Shown here: piece by piece, positions 28,243 to 38,244 of the stretch
How positions within the stretch are numbered: position 1 is the first letter of the stretch
Layout: each line of letters opens with the position of its first letter
Source of the DNA: Flammeovirgaceae bacterium
GTDB lineage: Bacteria > Bacteroidota > Bacteroidia > Cytophagales > Cyclobacteriaceae
DNA length: 64,000 bases
Reading direction: 5' to 3'
Assembly: GCA_013204595.1 (NCBI GenBank)
Contig: JABMNK010000100.1
Coordinates: 8,050 to 72,049, forward strand
The notes under the pieces: generated by a model
The model's database searches: none
What the model was told of the DNA's origin: nothing
What the model saw: the letters and a program-made list of their open reading frames with translations, nothing else
Made by a program: the position numbers and the translations under genes

Positions 28243-28923
28243 TTAATGTTCTACGTATCCTGACTTTGATCTTTGAATCCAAATCAGAATGCCTAATACG
28301 ACAAACGCACCTATTGAGTCCACCATCAGGCCATTGGTCGGGAAAGTTGTCCAGCCTATGGCTTCAAAAACTTTGAAGTCGAAAATGGAACCTGAACCTA
28401 ATAATTCTCTAAAAAAAGCAACGGTAAGAATAATCCATGCATAACCAAATCCTGAACCCAATCCGTCCAATACCGAGTCATAAGGCTTATTCGCCATGGC
28501 AAAGGCTTCTAATCTGCCCATTACAATGCAATTGGTAATGATCAGTCCAACATAAGCACCTAAAACTTTGTACATATCATAACTATAGGCTTTTAAAAAT
28601 TCGCTTACTAGCGTCACCAAAGTAGCTACTACCGCCAATTGGACAATGATCCTGATCCGACCAGGAATCAAATTTCTCATCAGTGAAATAATTAAATTAG
28701 CAAAGACGATAACAAAGACTACGGCAATTGACATCACCAAAGTAGGCTCTAACTTCACAGTAACCGCCAAAGCAGAGCAAATACCTAATACTTGAATAGT
28801 AATAGGATTGTCATCATTCAAAGGATCGGTAACGATATTTTTTCTCCTTTTTGATAAGAAAGATTCAGTAGGTTTTTTTTGAACCTTTAATTCTGTTTCT
28901 ACTACAGTCGCTTCAGCACTCAT
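28243..28923 (-). CDS. nqrD: Na+-NQR subunit D
   Basis: 226-aa polytopic NqrD/RnfE-family protein. Confidence 0.92.
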   Translation of the reverse strand: MSAEATVVETELKVQKKPTESFLSKRRKNIVTDPLNDDNPITIQVLGICSALAVTVKLEPTLVMSIAVVFVIVFANLIISLMRNLIPGRIRIIVQLAVVATLVTLVSEFLKAYSYDMYKVLGAYVGLIITNCIVMGRLEAFAMANKPYDSVLDGLGSGFGYAWIILTVAFFRELLGSGSIFDFKVFEAIGWTTFPTNGLMVDSIGAFVVLGILIWIQRSKSGYVEH

Positions 28924-28944
28924 ACTAATCTGATTAGTCGTTTT

Positions 28945-29706
28945 CTAGTTAATTGCAATTCCATTTTGGCCCTTCTTATTCTTGATGAAACTTTGATAGC
29001 AGCCCAAGTATTCTTTTAACATTTTATTGACCCCTTTAGCTGTCATGGTCGCCCCTGACAGTCCGTCCACCTCGTGCATACTCAGCCCTGATTTACCCTC
29101 TCCTTTTACCATAGTAATGGATTCTAAATCACCTGCCTCATTAAATATTTTTTTATTCTCCTTGTAACGTTTTGTTACATTTTCATCAGTAATCCTTGCA
29201 CCTAATCCAGGGGTTTCTTGCTTATGGTCAAAAGCAACTCCTTTGACTGTATTGAGGTCTGATTCTAAAGCAATATAGCCGGAAATCCAATCCCATAGTC
29301 CCAATCCAAACATGGGAAAAACATAGGCCTCAACTACATTGGGATCCAATTCATCTAATATCATATAAATAGGATACAATCGCTCTTCTCTAGCCATTTT
29401 ATGATTTTTTTGTGTATTTACCTTTTCAGCAATCAACGGATTACCTTTGGCATCGGTCGTCATGATTTCACCTTTGATATCTACCACAACGGATTTAACG
29501 CGCGCTTTATATAGATTCAGAATCTCTTCAGGTGTGCTGATAGTTGAAATATCCATCACGGCACCCAAAATTTTCTTTTTAGTATCTAACTCGACTTGTT
29601 TGTCTTGAGCAGGCTTTAATAGTACAGAGGTCAGAGACATGGCTCCACCAATCAAAACCGTCATGATTGCGGAAAAAACTAGGATGTAAATATTAGATCG
29701 TTGCAC
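28945..29706 (-). CDS. nqrC: Na+-NQR subunit C
   Basis: 253 aa with a single N-terminal TM. The covalent-FMN attachment motif VDGLSGATMT is present. Confidence 0.92.
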   Translation of the reverse strand: MQRSNIYILVFSAIMTVLIGGAMSLTSVLLKPAQDKQVELDTKKKILGAVMDISTISTPEEILNLYKARVKSVVVDIKGEIMTTDAKGNPLIAEKVNTQKNHKMAREERLYPIYMILDELDPNVVEAYVFPMFGLGLWDWISGYIALESDLNTVKGVAFDHKQETPGLGARITDENVTKRYKENKKIFNEAGDLESITMVKGEGKSGLSMHEVDGLSGATMTAKGVNKMLKEYLGCYQSFIKNKKGQNGIAIN

Positions 29707-30886
29707 GTTTTAATCTTCTTTTTTTGTGAGCATCTACTACGTAATAATCTATCAGTGGGGCAAATACATTCATGAATAGTATTGCCAGCATAATTCCTTC
29801 CGGATATGCGGGGTTTGAAATTCTGATAATTATCGTTAAAACCCCAATCATAAATCCATAAATCCACTTTCCGGTCTCGGTTTGAGCTGCAGAGACCGGA
29901 TCTGTTGCCATGAATACTGCTCCAAAAGCCAAGCCCCCTATGACTAGATGGTAGTGAGCAGGCATTAGCATAAAACTATTCGCTCCTACAAAGTTGTAAA
30001 TCAATCCCATAAACCAGGCCCCACCAAATACTGAAACGATAATTTTCCAACTACCTACTCCTGTAAATATGAGAATGGCCGCTCCAATCAAACACATAAG
30101 CACTGACGTCTCACCGATACTTCCAGGGATTATCCCTAAAAATAAATTCCAGAAATCAAACATCCCGCTATACCAATGACCACCAATGTCATCCATCATA
30201 TCAGTACCGTTTGCAGCGGCGGCCGCCCCGTAGGATAATATCGTCGCACCAGAAAATCCGTCAACAGCTGTTCGGTCCCCAAGATATGTCCAGACAGTAT
30301 CTCCAGATATTTGCGAAGGATAAGCAAAGTACAAGAAGGCTCTCGAAGTTAAGGCCACATTAAGAATATTCATACCTGTGCCTCCAAAAACCTCTTTGGC
30401 AACAATCACCCCAAAAATAGTCGCCATAGCCACTTGCCATAGTGGTATGGTAGCCGGCATGACTAGTGGAATTAAAATCCCCGTAACTAAGAATCCTTCT
30501 TCTACTGGATGGTTTCGGATCACACAAAAGGTAAATTCGACACCCAAGCCTACCGCATAGGAAACAATCAAAATAGGCATAACCTGAATCGAACCAACTA
30601 AAAATTTATCCCAGTTGGAAGCATCTATTCCCGTGGCTAAAAAATGTTGATGGCCCACATTCCACATACCAAACAAAAGACAAGGGATCAATGCAACAAT
30701 CACCGTAAACATTAGGCGCTTTAAATCCGCAGCATCTTTTACTTGAACACCCGTTTTCCCAGTGGTTAGTGCGGGTTTAAAGAAAATAGTTCTATGACCT
30801 TCATACAATGTATGAAACTTTTCGTATTTGGCCCCCTTCTCAACGTGTGGCTTAATCCGATCAAATAGGTTTTGTATTAACTTCAT
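29693..30886 (-). CDS. nqrB: Na+-NQR subunit B
   Basis: 397-aa polytopic protein with the FMN attachment motif VDGFSGATIL. Confidence 0.93.
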   Translation of the reverse strand: MKLIQNLFDRIKPHVEKGAKYEKFHTLYEGHRTIFFKPALTTGKTGVQVKDAADLKRLMFTVIVALIPCLLFGMWNVGHQHFLATGIDASNWDKFLVGSIQVMPILIVSYAVGLGVEFTFCVIRNHPVEEGFLVTGILIPLVMPATIPLWQVAMATIFGVIVAKEVFGGTGMNILNVALTSRAFLYFAYPSQISGDTVWTYLGDRTAVDGFSGATILSYGAAAAANGTDMMDDIGGHWYSGMFDFWNLFLGIIPGSIGETSVLMCLIGAAILIFTGVGSWKIIVSVFGGAWFMGLIYNFVGANSFMLMPAHYHLVIGGLAFGAVFMATDPVSAAQTETGKWIYGFMIGVLTIIIRISNPAYPEGIMLAILFMNVFAPLIDYYVVDAHKKRRLKRATI

Positions 30887-30889
30887 GAA

Positions 30890-32254
30890 TTAGCTATTTC
30901 GAATTAACTCGATTCCTTTTCTTAAAATTGCTTGGATGTCATTTTTGGAAACATCTATGTACTCGCATAAGGCAACATCTTCCTCGATCAATTCAAAGAT
31001 ACCCAGTGCCTCCATCGCATCATAATCATTGGCAATAATGGCTTTGAACAAGTAAGTGGGCATGATATCCATTGGCAATACCTTCTCAAAAGCCCCCGTA
31101 ATAGCGAAATTTCGCTGTTCGCCGTTGGTATTCGTATCGATAATGTTTTCTTTACTAGAGAATAAAAAAGACAATAAACCAAAAGCTTTGTGAAAGCTAA
31201 CTTTTTTAAAACTTGGCAACATCCATCCTAGAAACTCTTCCGTATCACCCTCAGGAATTACCGAAACTTGATTATGAAAATGTCCTAAATAACCATTCTC
31301 ACCTACATTTTCACCCGTCAGTACATTGCCCGAGATAAATCGATTGTTGTTTCCCGCAACATTTCCTACCAATAGTTTGTTCAAGCATGCGCCTGCATAA
31401 GTTTTTACATATCTTGGTTCAACTACACTTGATCCTGTAAGGGCTACCAGCTTTGATGCATCGTATTGGCCATTAAGAAATAGTTTTCCCATCCTAGCTA
31501 CAGAAACTGGATCAATGGTCCAAACGATATCCCTTTTATTAATTGGTGTCAAATGATGAATTTGAACACCCACATTTCCTGCTGGGTGGGGTCCACTAAA
31601 TTTACTGATCTTTACATTTTGTGTTTTGATGAAAAAGCTAGCTATTTCTTCATCCGCATTTAAATTTAGATGAACAATCCCTTTAGATAATTTATTTAAT
31701 ATATTGAGACCAACTTGAAATTCTTCGCCTTGCTCTTTTAGGAGAAAAGCAATGTCTGGTGCGCCAGGGTGCGAATCAAACCCAGAAATATGGATAGAAC
31801 TAGGCTCTTCTGTAGGATTAGCTAATACGCCAAAAGGTCTTTGGATAATGCTAGGCCAAATCCCACTTTCAGCTATTATCTCAACAATCTCTTTTCTCGA
31901 ACAGTTGGCAATATCAGACTTACTGAATTGCTTGAATTGCTTGAACTCAATTTCTTTGTCTGCTAAGATTCGGATCTCAAGTAGTTTTCTTCGCGCACCT
32001 CTTATGATTTCTGTGATCTCTCCACTCACTGGGGACACAAAAAGCACCTTCTCCATCGCCTTATCAAAAAACAACGGAGTACCTGCTTTTACATTGTCTC
32101 CAACTGAAACCAATATTTTGGGTTGAACAATACCACGGAAATCTGATGGCTTCACCGCAAATGTATCGGGTTGATCAATTTGGTGAACTTTTTGATTGGC
32201 AGTCCCCGATATGCCGATATCGAAACCTTTACTGAACTGAATGATTTGAGACAT
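30890..32254 (-). CDS. nqrA: Na+-NQR subunit A
   Basis: 454-aa soluble subunit. First gene of the nqr operon. Confidence 0.92.
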   Translation of the reverse strand: MSQIIQFSKGFDIGISGTANQKVHQIDQPDTFAVKPSDFRGIVQPKILVSVGDNVKAGTPLFFDKAMEKVLFVSPVSGEITEIIRGARRKLLEIRILADKEIEFKQFKQFSKSDIANCSRKEIVEIIAESGIWPSIIQRPFGVLANPTEEPSSIHISGFDSHPGAPDIAFLLKEQGEEFQVGLNILNKLSKGIVHLNLNADEEIASFFIKTQNVKISKFSGPHPAGNVGVQIHHLTPINKRDIVWTIDPVSVARMGKLFLNGQYDASKLVALTGSSVVEPRYVKTYAGACLNKLLVGNVAGNNNRFISGNVLTGENVGENGYLGHFHNQVSVIPEGDTEEFLGWMLPSFKKVSFHKAFGLLSFLFSSKENIIDTNTNGEQRNFAITGAFEKVLPMDIMPTYLFKAIIANDYDAMEALGIFELIEEDVALCEYIDVSKNDIQAILRKGIELIRNS

Positions 32255-32277
32255 GAATTTAACTGGATTGTCTACTT

Positions 32278-32285
32278 CAAAATTA
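32278..32285 (-). promoter_or_regulatory. Putative -7 box TAATTTTG upstream of nqrA
   Basis: Matches TAnnTTTG on the minus strand, ending 24 nt upstream of the nqrA ATG. Confidence 0.35.
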
Positions 32286-32371
32286 GGTCACAAAACTAAT
32301 AAAAATTGTTCAAATTAATTGCCCTGAAAGAAAGTAAATAAAATTATTTACTCGTTTTTAGATTCTGTTTT

Positions 32372-33259
32372 TTAAGAAATATTTACTACGTCGCTTAAAT
32401 GATCTGCCACTTGCTGCATCAGCCAGTTGGGGGTTGACGTTGCGCCGCATATGCCGATTCGATCCCCAGTCTTCAACCACTCATGATCAATCTCTGATTC
32501 ATTATCAATAAAATAACTTCTCGGATTCTGCTTTAGACAAACTTGATACAGCGCTTTGCCATTAGAGCTTTTTTTACCTGAGACAAACAGAATCACATCA
32601 TATGATTGGGAGAATTTTTCTAATTGTGGCTCGCGATTTGAAACTTGTCGACAAATACTATCATTAGCCTTAAAATCTCCGTCTATAAGGGTGCCTTTTT
32701 CTTTTTCTATTCGTGCCTGAATTAGTGATTTCATATGATAAAATCCTTGGGTACTTTTCGTGGTTTGACTGTACAATATAATGGGCCTAGACCAATCAAT
32801 CTGATCAAGGTCCTTTTCTTCCATTACTACGATGGCCTCATTACGAGTCTGTCCAATTAAACCTATGACTTCCGCATGTCCTGGCTTACCGTAGATCACA
32901 ATCTGACCATTTCTTTGATTTAATGAATCAAACGAGTTCTTAACCCTATTTTGAAGTTTAAGTACCACGGGACAGCTAGCGTCAATCAATTCAATATTAT
33001 TTTTCAATGCCAATGCATATGTTTCTGGTGGTTCTCCATGTGCCCTAATCAAAACTTTGGCATTATGAATTTTTTCCAAATCCTGATGATCAATTATTTT
33101 TAGTCCTTTCTTTTCAAGTCGCGCGACTTCCATGCTATTGTGCACAATATCTCCTAGACAATATAAATCGCTGCCGTGATTCATTTCATCTTCGGCCATT
33201 TGAATGGCAAATTCAACACCAAAGCAGTATCCTGAATTAGGATCTATTTCAACTTGCAT
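32372..33259 (-). CDS. ispH: 4-hydroxy-3-methylbut-2-enyl diphosphate reductase
   Basis: 295-aa LytB family protein with the three cluster-Cys contexts GYCFGV, DASCPVV and NDSICRQV. Confidence 0.93.
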   Translation of the reverse strand: MQVEIDPNSGYCFGVEFAIQMAEDEMNHGSDLYCLGDIVHNSMEVARLEKKGLKIIDHQDLEKIHNAKVLIRAHGEPPETYALALKNNIELIDASCPVVLKLQNRVKNSFDSLNQRNGQIVIYGKPGHAEVIGLIGQTRNEAIVVMEEKDLDQIDWSRPIILYSQTTKSTQGFYHMKSLIQARIEKEKGTLIDGDFKANDSICRQVSNREPQLEKFSQSYDVILFVSGKKSSNGKALYQVCLKQNPRSYFIDNESEIDHEWLKTGDRIGICGATSTPNWLMQQVADHLSDVVNIS

Positions 33260-33932
33260 AAATCAATTGGTTTGCGTATTCCATAATTTTATCTACCTGT
33301 TCTTGAAAAGTCAAATAACTAGTATCGATCTCTATTGCCCCTTTTGCTTTCATTAAGGGACTGTCTTGGCGGGTGGTGTCTAAATGATCTCTATCAGCCA
33401 AATTCTGCTTTATTTCCTCAAAATCAACCTTTATGTTTTTGGCCTTCGTCTCATCAAACCTCCTTTGTGATCGAATGTCTAAATTGGCGCTCATGAAAAT
33501 CTTTAATTCCGCCTCTGGAAAAACTACCGTGCAGATATCCCTACCATCCATTACGATGTCCTTTTGGGTACCGAGCTGCTGCTGCATGACTACCAATTTC
33601 TTTCTAACAATAGGATTCGCCGAGATTTTACTGACTGCCTCATTAATTTCCGGAAGCCTGATTTCCTTATCCATGACACGGTCATTCAACAATATCTCTG
33701 ATTGATTTAGTGCTTCATTAAAATTAAACTTAATCACTAATTGATTCAACGCCACTTCCACTTGCCCTTCATTTTCCAAATCAACCTGATGATCAATGAA
33801 ATGCCTAGTTACGCACCTATACATAGCGCCAGAATCAATATAGCGGTATTTCAAAGCCTTAGCTACCTCTTTAGCCGTAGAGCTCTTACCTGTCCCGGCG
33901 TATCCATCCATAGCAATAATAATTCCTCTCAT
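33249..33932 (-). CDS. cmk: Cytidylate kinase
   Basis: P-loop DGYAGTGKSSTAKEVA. Start placed at ATG 33932 (MRGIIIAMDG...). The ORF-track start at 33938 is a TTG extension. Confidence 0.93.
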   Translation of the reverse strand: MRGIIIAMDGYAGTGKSSTAKEVAKALKYRYIDSGAMYRCVTRHFIDHQVDLENEGQVEVALNQLVIKFNFNEALNQSEILLNDRVMDKEIRLPEINEAVSKISANPIVRKKLVVMQQQLGTQKDIVMDGRDICTVVFPEAELKIFMSANLDIRSQRRFDETKAKNIKVDFEEIKQNLADRDHLDTTRQDSPLMKAKGAIEIDTSYLTFQEQVDKIMEYANQLIYAS

Positions 33933-34087
33933 CAACAATCTTTTACAGGACAGTCTACCTTACCTGGTTTCATTTTTCCTTTGTAACGCTGTTGTCCCGG
34001 ATTGTTTTTACAACTCTCTATAGGGGCTATGATCAACAGCAAGGCGGTCATGGTCAAAAGGTAAACGTAACTTTTTAATTGTTTCAT
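33932..34087 (-). CDS. Unlisted 51-codon ORF: putative micro-lipoprotein (MKQLKSYVYLLTMTALLLIIAPIESC|KNNPGQQRYKGKMKPGKVDCPVKDC)
   Basis: My own translation of the minus strand. The ATG at 34087 lies 1 nt after the fabD stop. The stop TGA (33934-33932) overlaps the cmk ATG as TGATG. The sequence has a hydrophobic signal peptide plus a Cys in lipobox-like context. It is below the ORF-track length cut-off. Confidence 0.45.
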   Translation of the reverse strand: MKQLKSYVYLLTMTALLLIIAPIESCKNNPGQQRYKGKMKPGKVDCPVKDC

Positions 34088-34088
34088 A

Positions 34089-34961
34089 TCAAAAACTCTT
34101 TACTTCGATCTCTCGATTTACTTTTTTAATGAGTCCTTGTAATACATTACCGGGACCAGACTCATTAAATGAGGTAGCACCATCTGCAATCATTTGATGG
34201 ATACTTTGCGTCCATCTCACAGGCGCTGTCAACTGTGAAATAAGATTGGCTTTAATCTCTGCAATATCCATATGTCCTTGTGCATCTACATTCTGATATA
34301 CCGGACAGGTAGGTTGCTTAAAAATAGTTTGATTAATGGCTTCTGCAAGTTCCTCTCGAGCTGGTTCCATTAAGGGTGAATGAAAGGCCCCACCCACGGG
34401 CAGCATCAGCGCTCTCTTCGCACCCGCCTCCTTCATTCGCTTACAAGCCAATTGGACTGCTCGAATTTGACCTGATATGACCAATTGGCCAGGACAGTTG
34501 TAATTAGCGGCAACCACAATACCCTCTATTTTCTCACAAACCTCCTCAACCACCTCATCTGCAAGTCCCAAAACGGCTGCCATAGTAGAGGGCTCTGCCT
34601 CACATGCCTTTTGCATAGCCATGGCTCTTTGAGCAACTAACACTAAGCCATCTCTAAAGTCAAGTGCGCCATTAGCGACCAAAGCTGAAAACTCTCCTAA
34701 CGAATGCCCTGCTGTCATTTGTGGATTAAAATCATCCTTGATCAAAGCATTAATCACACTGTGCAAGAAAACTGCAGGTTGAGTGACACTTGTTTGTTTA
34801 AGGTCGTCAACTGATCCCTCGAACATGATTTTTGTAATTTCAAAATTCAAAAGGTCATTGGCTTCCAAGAAATAAGCCTTGGCTTTGGCGCTCGATTCAA
34901 AAAGTTCCTTTCCCATTCCTGAATACTGTGCCCCTTGACCGGGAAATACAAAAGCTCGCAT
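34089..34961 (-). CDS. fabD: Malonyl-CoA:ACP transacylase
   Basis: 290 aa with FPGQGAQ and the active-site motif GHSLGE. Confidence 0.95.
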   Translation of the reverse strand: MRAFVFPGQGAQYSGMGKELFESSAKAKAYFLEANDLLNFEITKIMFEGSVDDLKQTSVTQPAVFLHSVINALIKDDFNPQMTAGHSLGEFSALVANGALDFRDGLVLVAQRAMAMQKACEAEPSTMAAVLGLADEVVEEVCEKIEGIVVAANYNCPGQLVISGQIRAVQLACKRMKEAGAKRALMLPVGGAFHSPLMEPAREELAEAINQTIFKQPTCPVYQNVDAQGHMDIAEIKANLISQLTAPVRWTQSIHQMIADGATSFNESGPGNVLQGLIKKVNREIEVKSF

Positions 34962-34983
34962 AAATAAATTGTAATTAATGTGG

Positions 34984-34991
34984 CAAAGCTA
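34984..34991 (-). promoter_or_regulatory. Putative -7 box TAGCTTTG upstream of fabD
   Basis: TAnnTTTG match on the minus strand, ending 23 nt upstream of the fabD ATG. Confidence 0.35.
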
Positions 34992-35002
34992 GCAAGGATC
35001 CT

Positions 35003-35419
35003 TTAATCAAGAAACCTTCTCAAATAATCTGAGGTTGGAATTTCACATTTGGCACTTTTACCAAACCAAAAATATCGATTTCTAGCGATTATATCATAAA
35101 AATAATCTGTTATTGACGTGGGTAAATAACTAAAAATTAAGAGCCAACGCCACTTTAATGAGAAAGTTTCAAGAATCTTAAAGACAGCCTTACTTTTGAT
35201 GAAAACATGATCCTCTTTGATGAGCACCAAGCTATCTATTTTGATAGGATCAATGTCCTCTTTGGCTAAATAACCTCGGGCAACGTCTGCTTTCAGAGAA
35301 GCAAACTTATAATATCCATAGGAATCCTCTGAAATAATCAGATTGACCGCGTAATTACACAAACGGCACTCCCCATCGAACAAGACAATTGGGTTGATTA
35401 TTTCAGCAGTTGTACCCAA
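35003..35419 (-). CDS. DCC-family (DUF393) thiol-disulfide oxidoreductase
   Basis: 138 aa with the N-terminal DxxCxxC motif FDGECRLCN. Overlaps the upstream T9SS cargo gene by 22 nt. Confidence 0.8.
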   Translation of the reverse strand: MGTTAEIINPIVLFDGECRLCNYAVNLIISEDSYGYYKFASLKADVARGYLAKEDIDPIKIDSLVLIKEDHVFIKSKAVFKILETFSLKWRWLLIFSYLPTSITDYFYDIIARNRYFWFGKSAKCEIPTSDYLRRFLD

Positions 35420-38244
35420 CCTTTAATTATTTTAAAACGATTGGAGGGGTCCAATACATCAAAATTGACCTCCGCCACATAATAGTAAACTCCAGCAGGA
35501 AGATCTACCCCACCTTTATTTTTACCATCCCAATTGATGAAAATAGAATTTTCTTGCTCTGAAGTAAAACTAAATACCTCCTGACCCGCAGGATCATAAA
35601 CCATGAAATTAACTCCAAGAATAAATCTCGGACAGCTTGAATCATCAAAATCACCAATAGAACCCTCTTTCACAAACAGGGGGGTAAACCTGTCATTAAT
35701 ATCATCCCCGTTGGGTGAGAACGCATTTGGTAAAATGAATTGGGGACAATGGTCAATACAGACCACATCTGAATACTCACTTTCATTCATCGATCGGTCG
35801 ACTGCAGTAATGCGATAGCACCCTTTATACGAGTTTAATTGCTTGTGTAGGTAGGTGGTTTGTTTGGTGCTGTCTAAAAAGACAAACGCCTCCTCTGAAC
35901 CCGAAGCACTAAAATAAACACGAAAAAAAATAACGTCGTCGTCGCATTGGGTACCCGTATTCTCTTCCCAGGAAATCATATTTTCATAATATACCTCTAG
36001 GCAGCCACTTATACCGGTAGCGGTAGCGCAATTAAACGGATTGGTGATCGAAAGCCCGATCGGTGCGCAAGGCGCTATGTTGTCATTTGGCTGAGCACAA
36101 ATCACCTGAGAATTATTGATGAGTGGGTCTGGTAAAATAGGATTGTCATAACCTCCGTAGGTGGTGACCACATAACAATATATCAGCTCATCATCTAAGG
36201 CAATATTGTTAAAACTACCGTCATCCAAATAATTAAACCCACTATTTGCAACTGCTACTGAGTCAATAAGTACAAAGGCGTCAGGATCGGCACTACTTAC
36301 CCTGTTTCTATAAACATAATGATAAGGATGCTCAAGCATATTATTTGACCACGGTACGTTTGCCTGCCAACTCAATTCAATAGCACTCAATAAGGGATTG
36401 ATATTCAATGCTACCATAGAAGCAATTGCCGATGAGTCTACAAAGAGGCCTGTGCCATCATAGAGGGCTATTCGGTATGAATATGTATTTTCAACTGTGT
36501 TGATACCCGTTTGATCAAAAAAAACAGTATCACTGAGTTTGTCGGCAATCAAGGTCGGATTTATTAAATAAAATCCATCCGATCTATATACTGAATAAGA
36601 ATAAGGCGGGGGAAATTGTATTGGATTCGTCTCATATGGAGGCGTCCAAGCAACCTTAATCCTTCCATCAGCTGATGTCTCTTGGACGTCTACATTGGTG
36701 ATGATGGGCGCATCTGCTTCCAACGTCAAGCAAACTTCATCGGACACGTAGCTCGTCCCGTATCCTGGATTGGGGAATTGCGCAACTAATCGGTAACAAT
36801 AATTGGCTCCTGGGGCTAGTCCAGTATCTACAAAAGATATCTGCGAAGCTGGGGCCTTGGCGATGAGCGTATAACCAGCATTAGGGGGCATCCCTACTGC
36901 GCAATCATCCATAACCATTTCAAAATCTCCTACGCGACGCCATACTTCTATCTCACTCGCATTGGTGCAAAAGTAGGACTCCCATGCAAGTTCAATAGAT
37001 CTTCCCGAATTTACTATTGCTTTCAATCCTTTTGGAGCAGGCCCTACTACCGTAACCTCCCAAGTACCAAATTCAGTCAAAGAAGGACCCATTCTGATGC
37101 CATTCTCGATCGGTTCATCTGTAACCTTAAACTGTACTTCATAGGCTCGTTCGCGCACATGCCCACAAAAAGTATTCCATTCAAAGTCCAAAGACCCTGG
37201 GTTTTGTTGGAGCACTGCGGGGGATGGATCAAATGAAGCAGGTTGATTGATTTCAAATGGACCGCCAAAGGCTTCCATTTTTACCTTGTGACCATCTGGA
37301 TCAGTTGCTATTATTGTTTGTTTAATCTGCTCTCCTGCCGTTACGCAGACCGCATCGGGAATTTCCAATTCAGGCTTTTCATTATCCCCTTCATAAATAA
37401 TCACTTGCATATCCCTAGTAACGTATCCCAAACGATACCAAGTTCCTGCTATTTGCCTCCATTCTTCAATTCGAAAGGCTACATTGTACTCAGCACATTC
37501 AGAAATTCCTTCTGGACACTGGCCACCTGCAAGGTTGAAAATATTTCCAGGGGCATCCCAGATCAAATCTCCATAGGCTTCATCAAGATCCAAAGAAGCA
37601 GAACCACCCTGCTCGCTTCCTTGTCCGAAATTGGAATAAAATCCCGGATCATTGAGCTCTCTGTAGCCGCTGACCTCACTGTTCTTGGAGCTACGAGGTA
37701 TGACTAGATAGTAGGCCAAACTATCTCCGTCAACATCAAAGGCACCTGCATTATGCACAAACCTCACCCCTGGCATACCTTCATCGATCGGTGGTACAGT
37801 CAAAATTGGCGTGTTATTGACACCAAAAAAAGGATCGACAATAATCAGCGTCTCTGTATAAAAAGCAGTCTCTGTTGAGTTTGCCATGTTTGCGATATTT
37901 GCATTTCTATTATCCTCCTTATAGCTTACAAAGTAGCTGTTAGGTGCCTGATAGGTATGTACCAACTTGAATTCAGCCCTGACGATATTATTGGAAAGTT
38001 GCGTCTCCAAGACATCAAACCCCTCTGAAATCATCGTGCCATCTCCAAAATCAAAGTCACCTCCACCAAATTGAATCCCCGAATCAGTATCTCGATATCC
38101 TATAAAAGTAAACTCATAAGTAAAGGTCAAGTTACTTGTTCTACGAGCAATCACTTCACCCGCCCTGATGTGTGTGGCTAGGCTGTGCGTAATACACATC
38201 GCATGAATCAACAAAAAAACAATAACTAACTTCCCAATTCTCAT
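35398..38244 (-). CDS. Large secreted protein with T9SS type-B (gliding motility-associated) C-terminal sorting domain
   Basis: The signal peptide MRIGKLVIVFLLIHAMCITHSLA follows ATG 38244; the ORF-track start at 38298 is a TTG. The middle is long and beta-rich. The C-terminal ~90 aa, CPQFILPNAFSPNGDDINDRFTP...VYDPAGQEVF...WDGKNKGGVDLPAGVYYYVAEV...KGWVQLLK, matches the type-B CTD pattern. Confidence 0.8.
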   Translation of the reverse strand: MRIGKLVIVFLLIHAMCITHSLATHIRAGEVIARRTSNLTFTYEFTFIGYRDTDSGIQFGGGDFDFGDGTMISEGFDVLETQLSNNIVRAEFKLVHTYQAPNSYFVSYKEDNRNANIANMANSTETAFYTETLIIVDPFFGVNNTPILTVPPIDEGMPGVRFVHNAGAFDVDGDSLAYYLVIPRSSKNSEVSGYRELNDPGFYSNFGQGSEQGGSASLDLDEAYGDLIWDAPGNIFNLAGGQCPEGISECAEYNVAFRIEEWRQIAGTWYRLGYVTRDMQVIIYEGDNEKPELEIPDAVCVTAGEQIKQTIIATDPDGHKVKMEAFGGPFEINQPASFDPSPAVLQQNPGSLDFEWNTFCGHVRERAYEVQFKVTDEPIENGIRMGPSLTEFGTWEVTVVGPAPKGLKAIVNSGRSIELAWESYFCTNASEIEVWRRVGDFEMVMDDCAVGMPPNAGYTLIAKAPASQISFVDTGLAPGANYCYRLVAQFPNPGYGTSYVSDEVCLTLEADAPIITNVDVQETSADGRIKVAWTPPYETNPIQFPPPYSYSVYRSDGFYLINPTLIADKLSDTVFFDQTGINTVENTYSYRIALYDGTGLFVDSSAIASMVALNINPLLSAIELSWQANVPWSNNMLEHPYHYVYRNRVSSADPDAFVLIDSVAVANSGFNYLDDGSFNNIALDDELIYCYVVTTYGGYDNPILPDPLINNSQVICAQPNDNIAPCAPIGLSITNPFNCATATGISGCLEVYYENMISWEENTGTQCDDDVIFFRVYFSASGSEEAFVFLDSTKQTTYLHKQLNSYKGCYRITAVDRSMNESEYSDVVCIDHCPQFILPNAFSPNGDDINDRFTPLFVKEGSIGDFDDSSCPRFILGVNFMVYDPAGQEVFSFTSEQENSIFINWDGKNKGGVDLPAGVYYYVAEVNFDVLDPSNRFKIIKGWVQLLK

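Noticed and set aside
31925-31942. Tandem 9-nt repeat GAATTGCTT x2 inside nqrA.
   Set aside because: It is in frame and simply encodes FKQFKQF in a variable region of NqrA. It is too short, with too few copies, to suggest phase variation.
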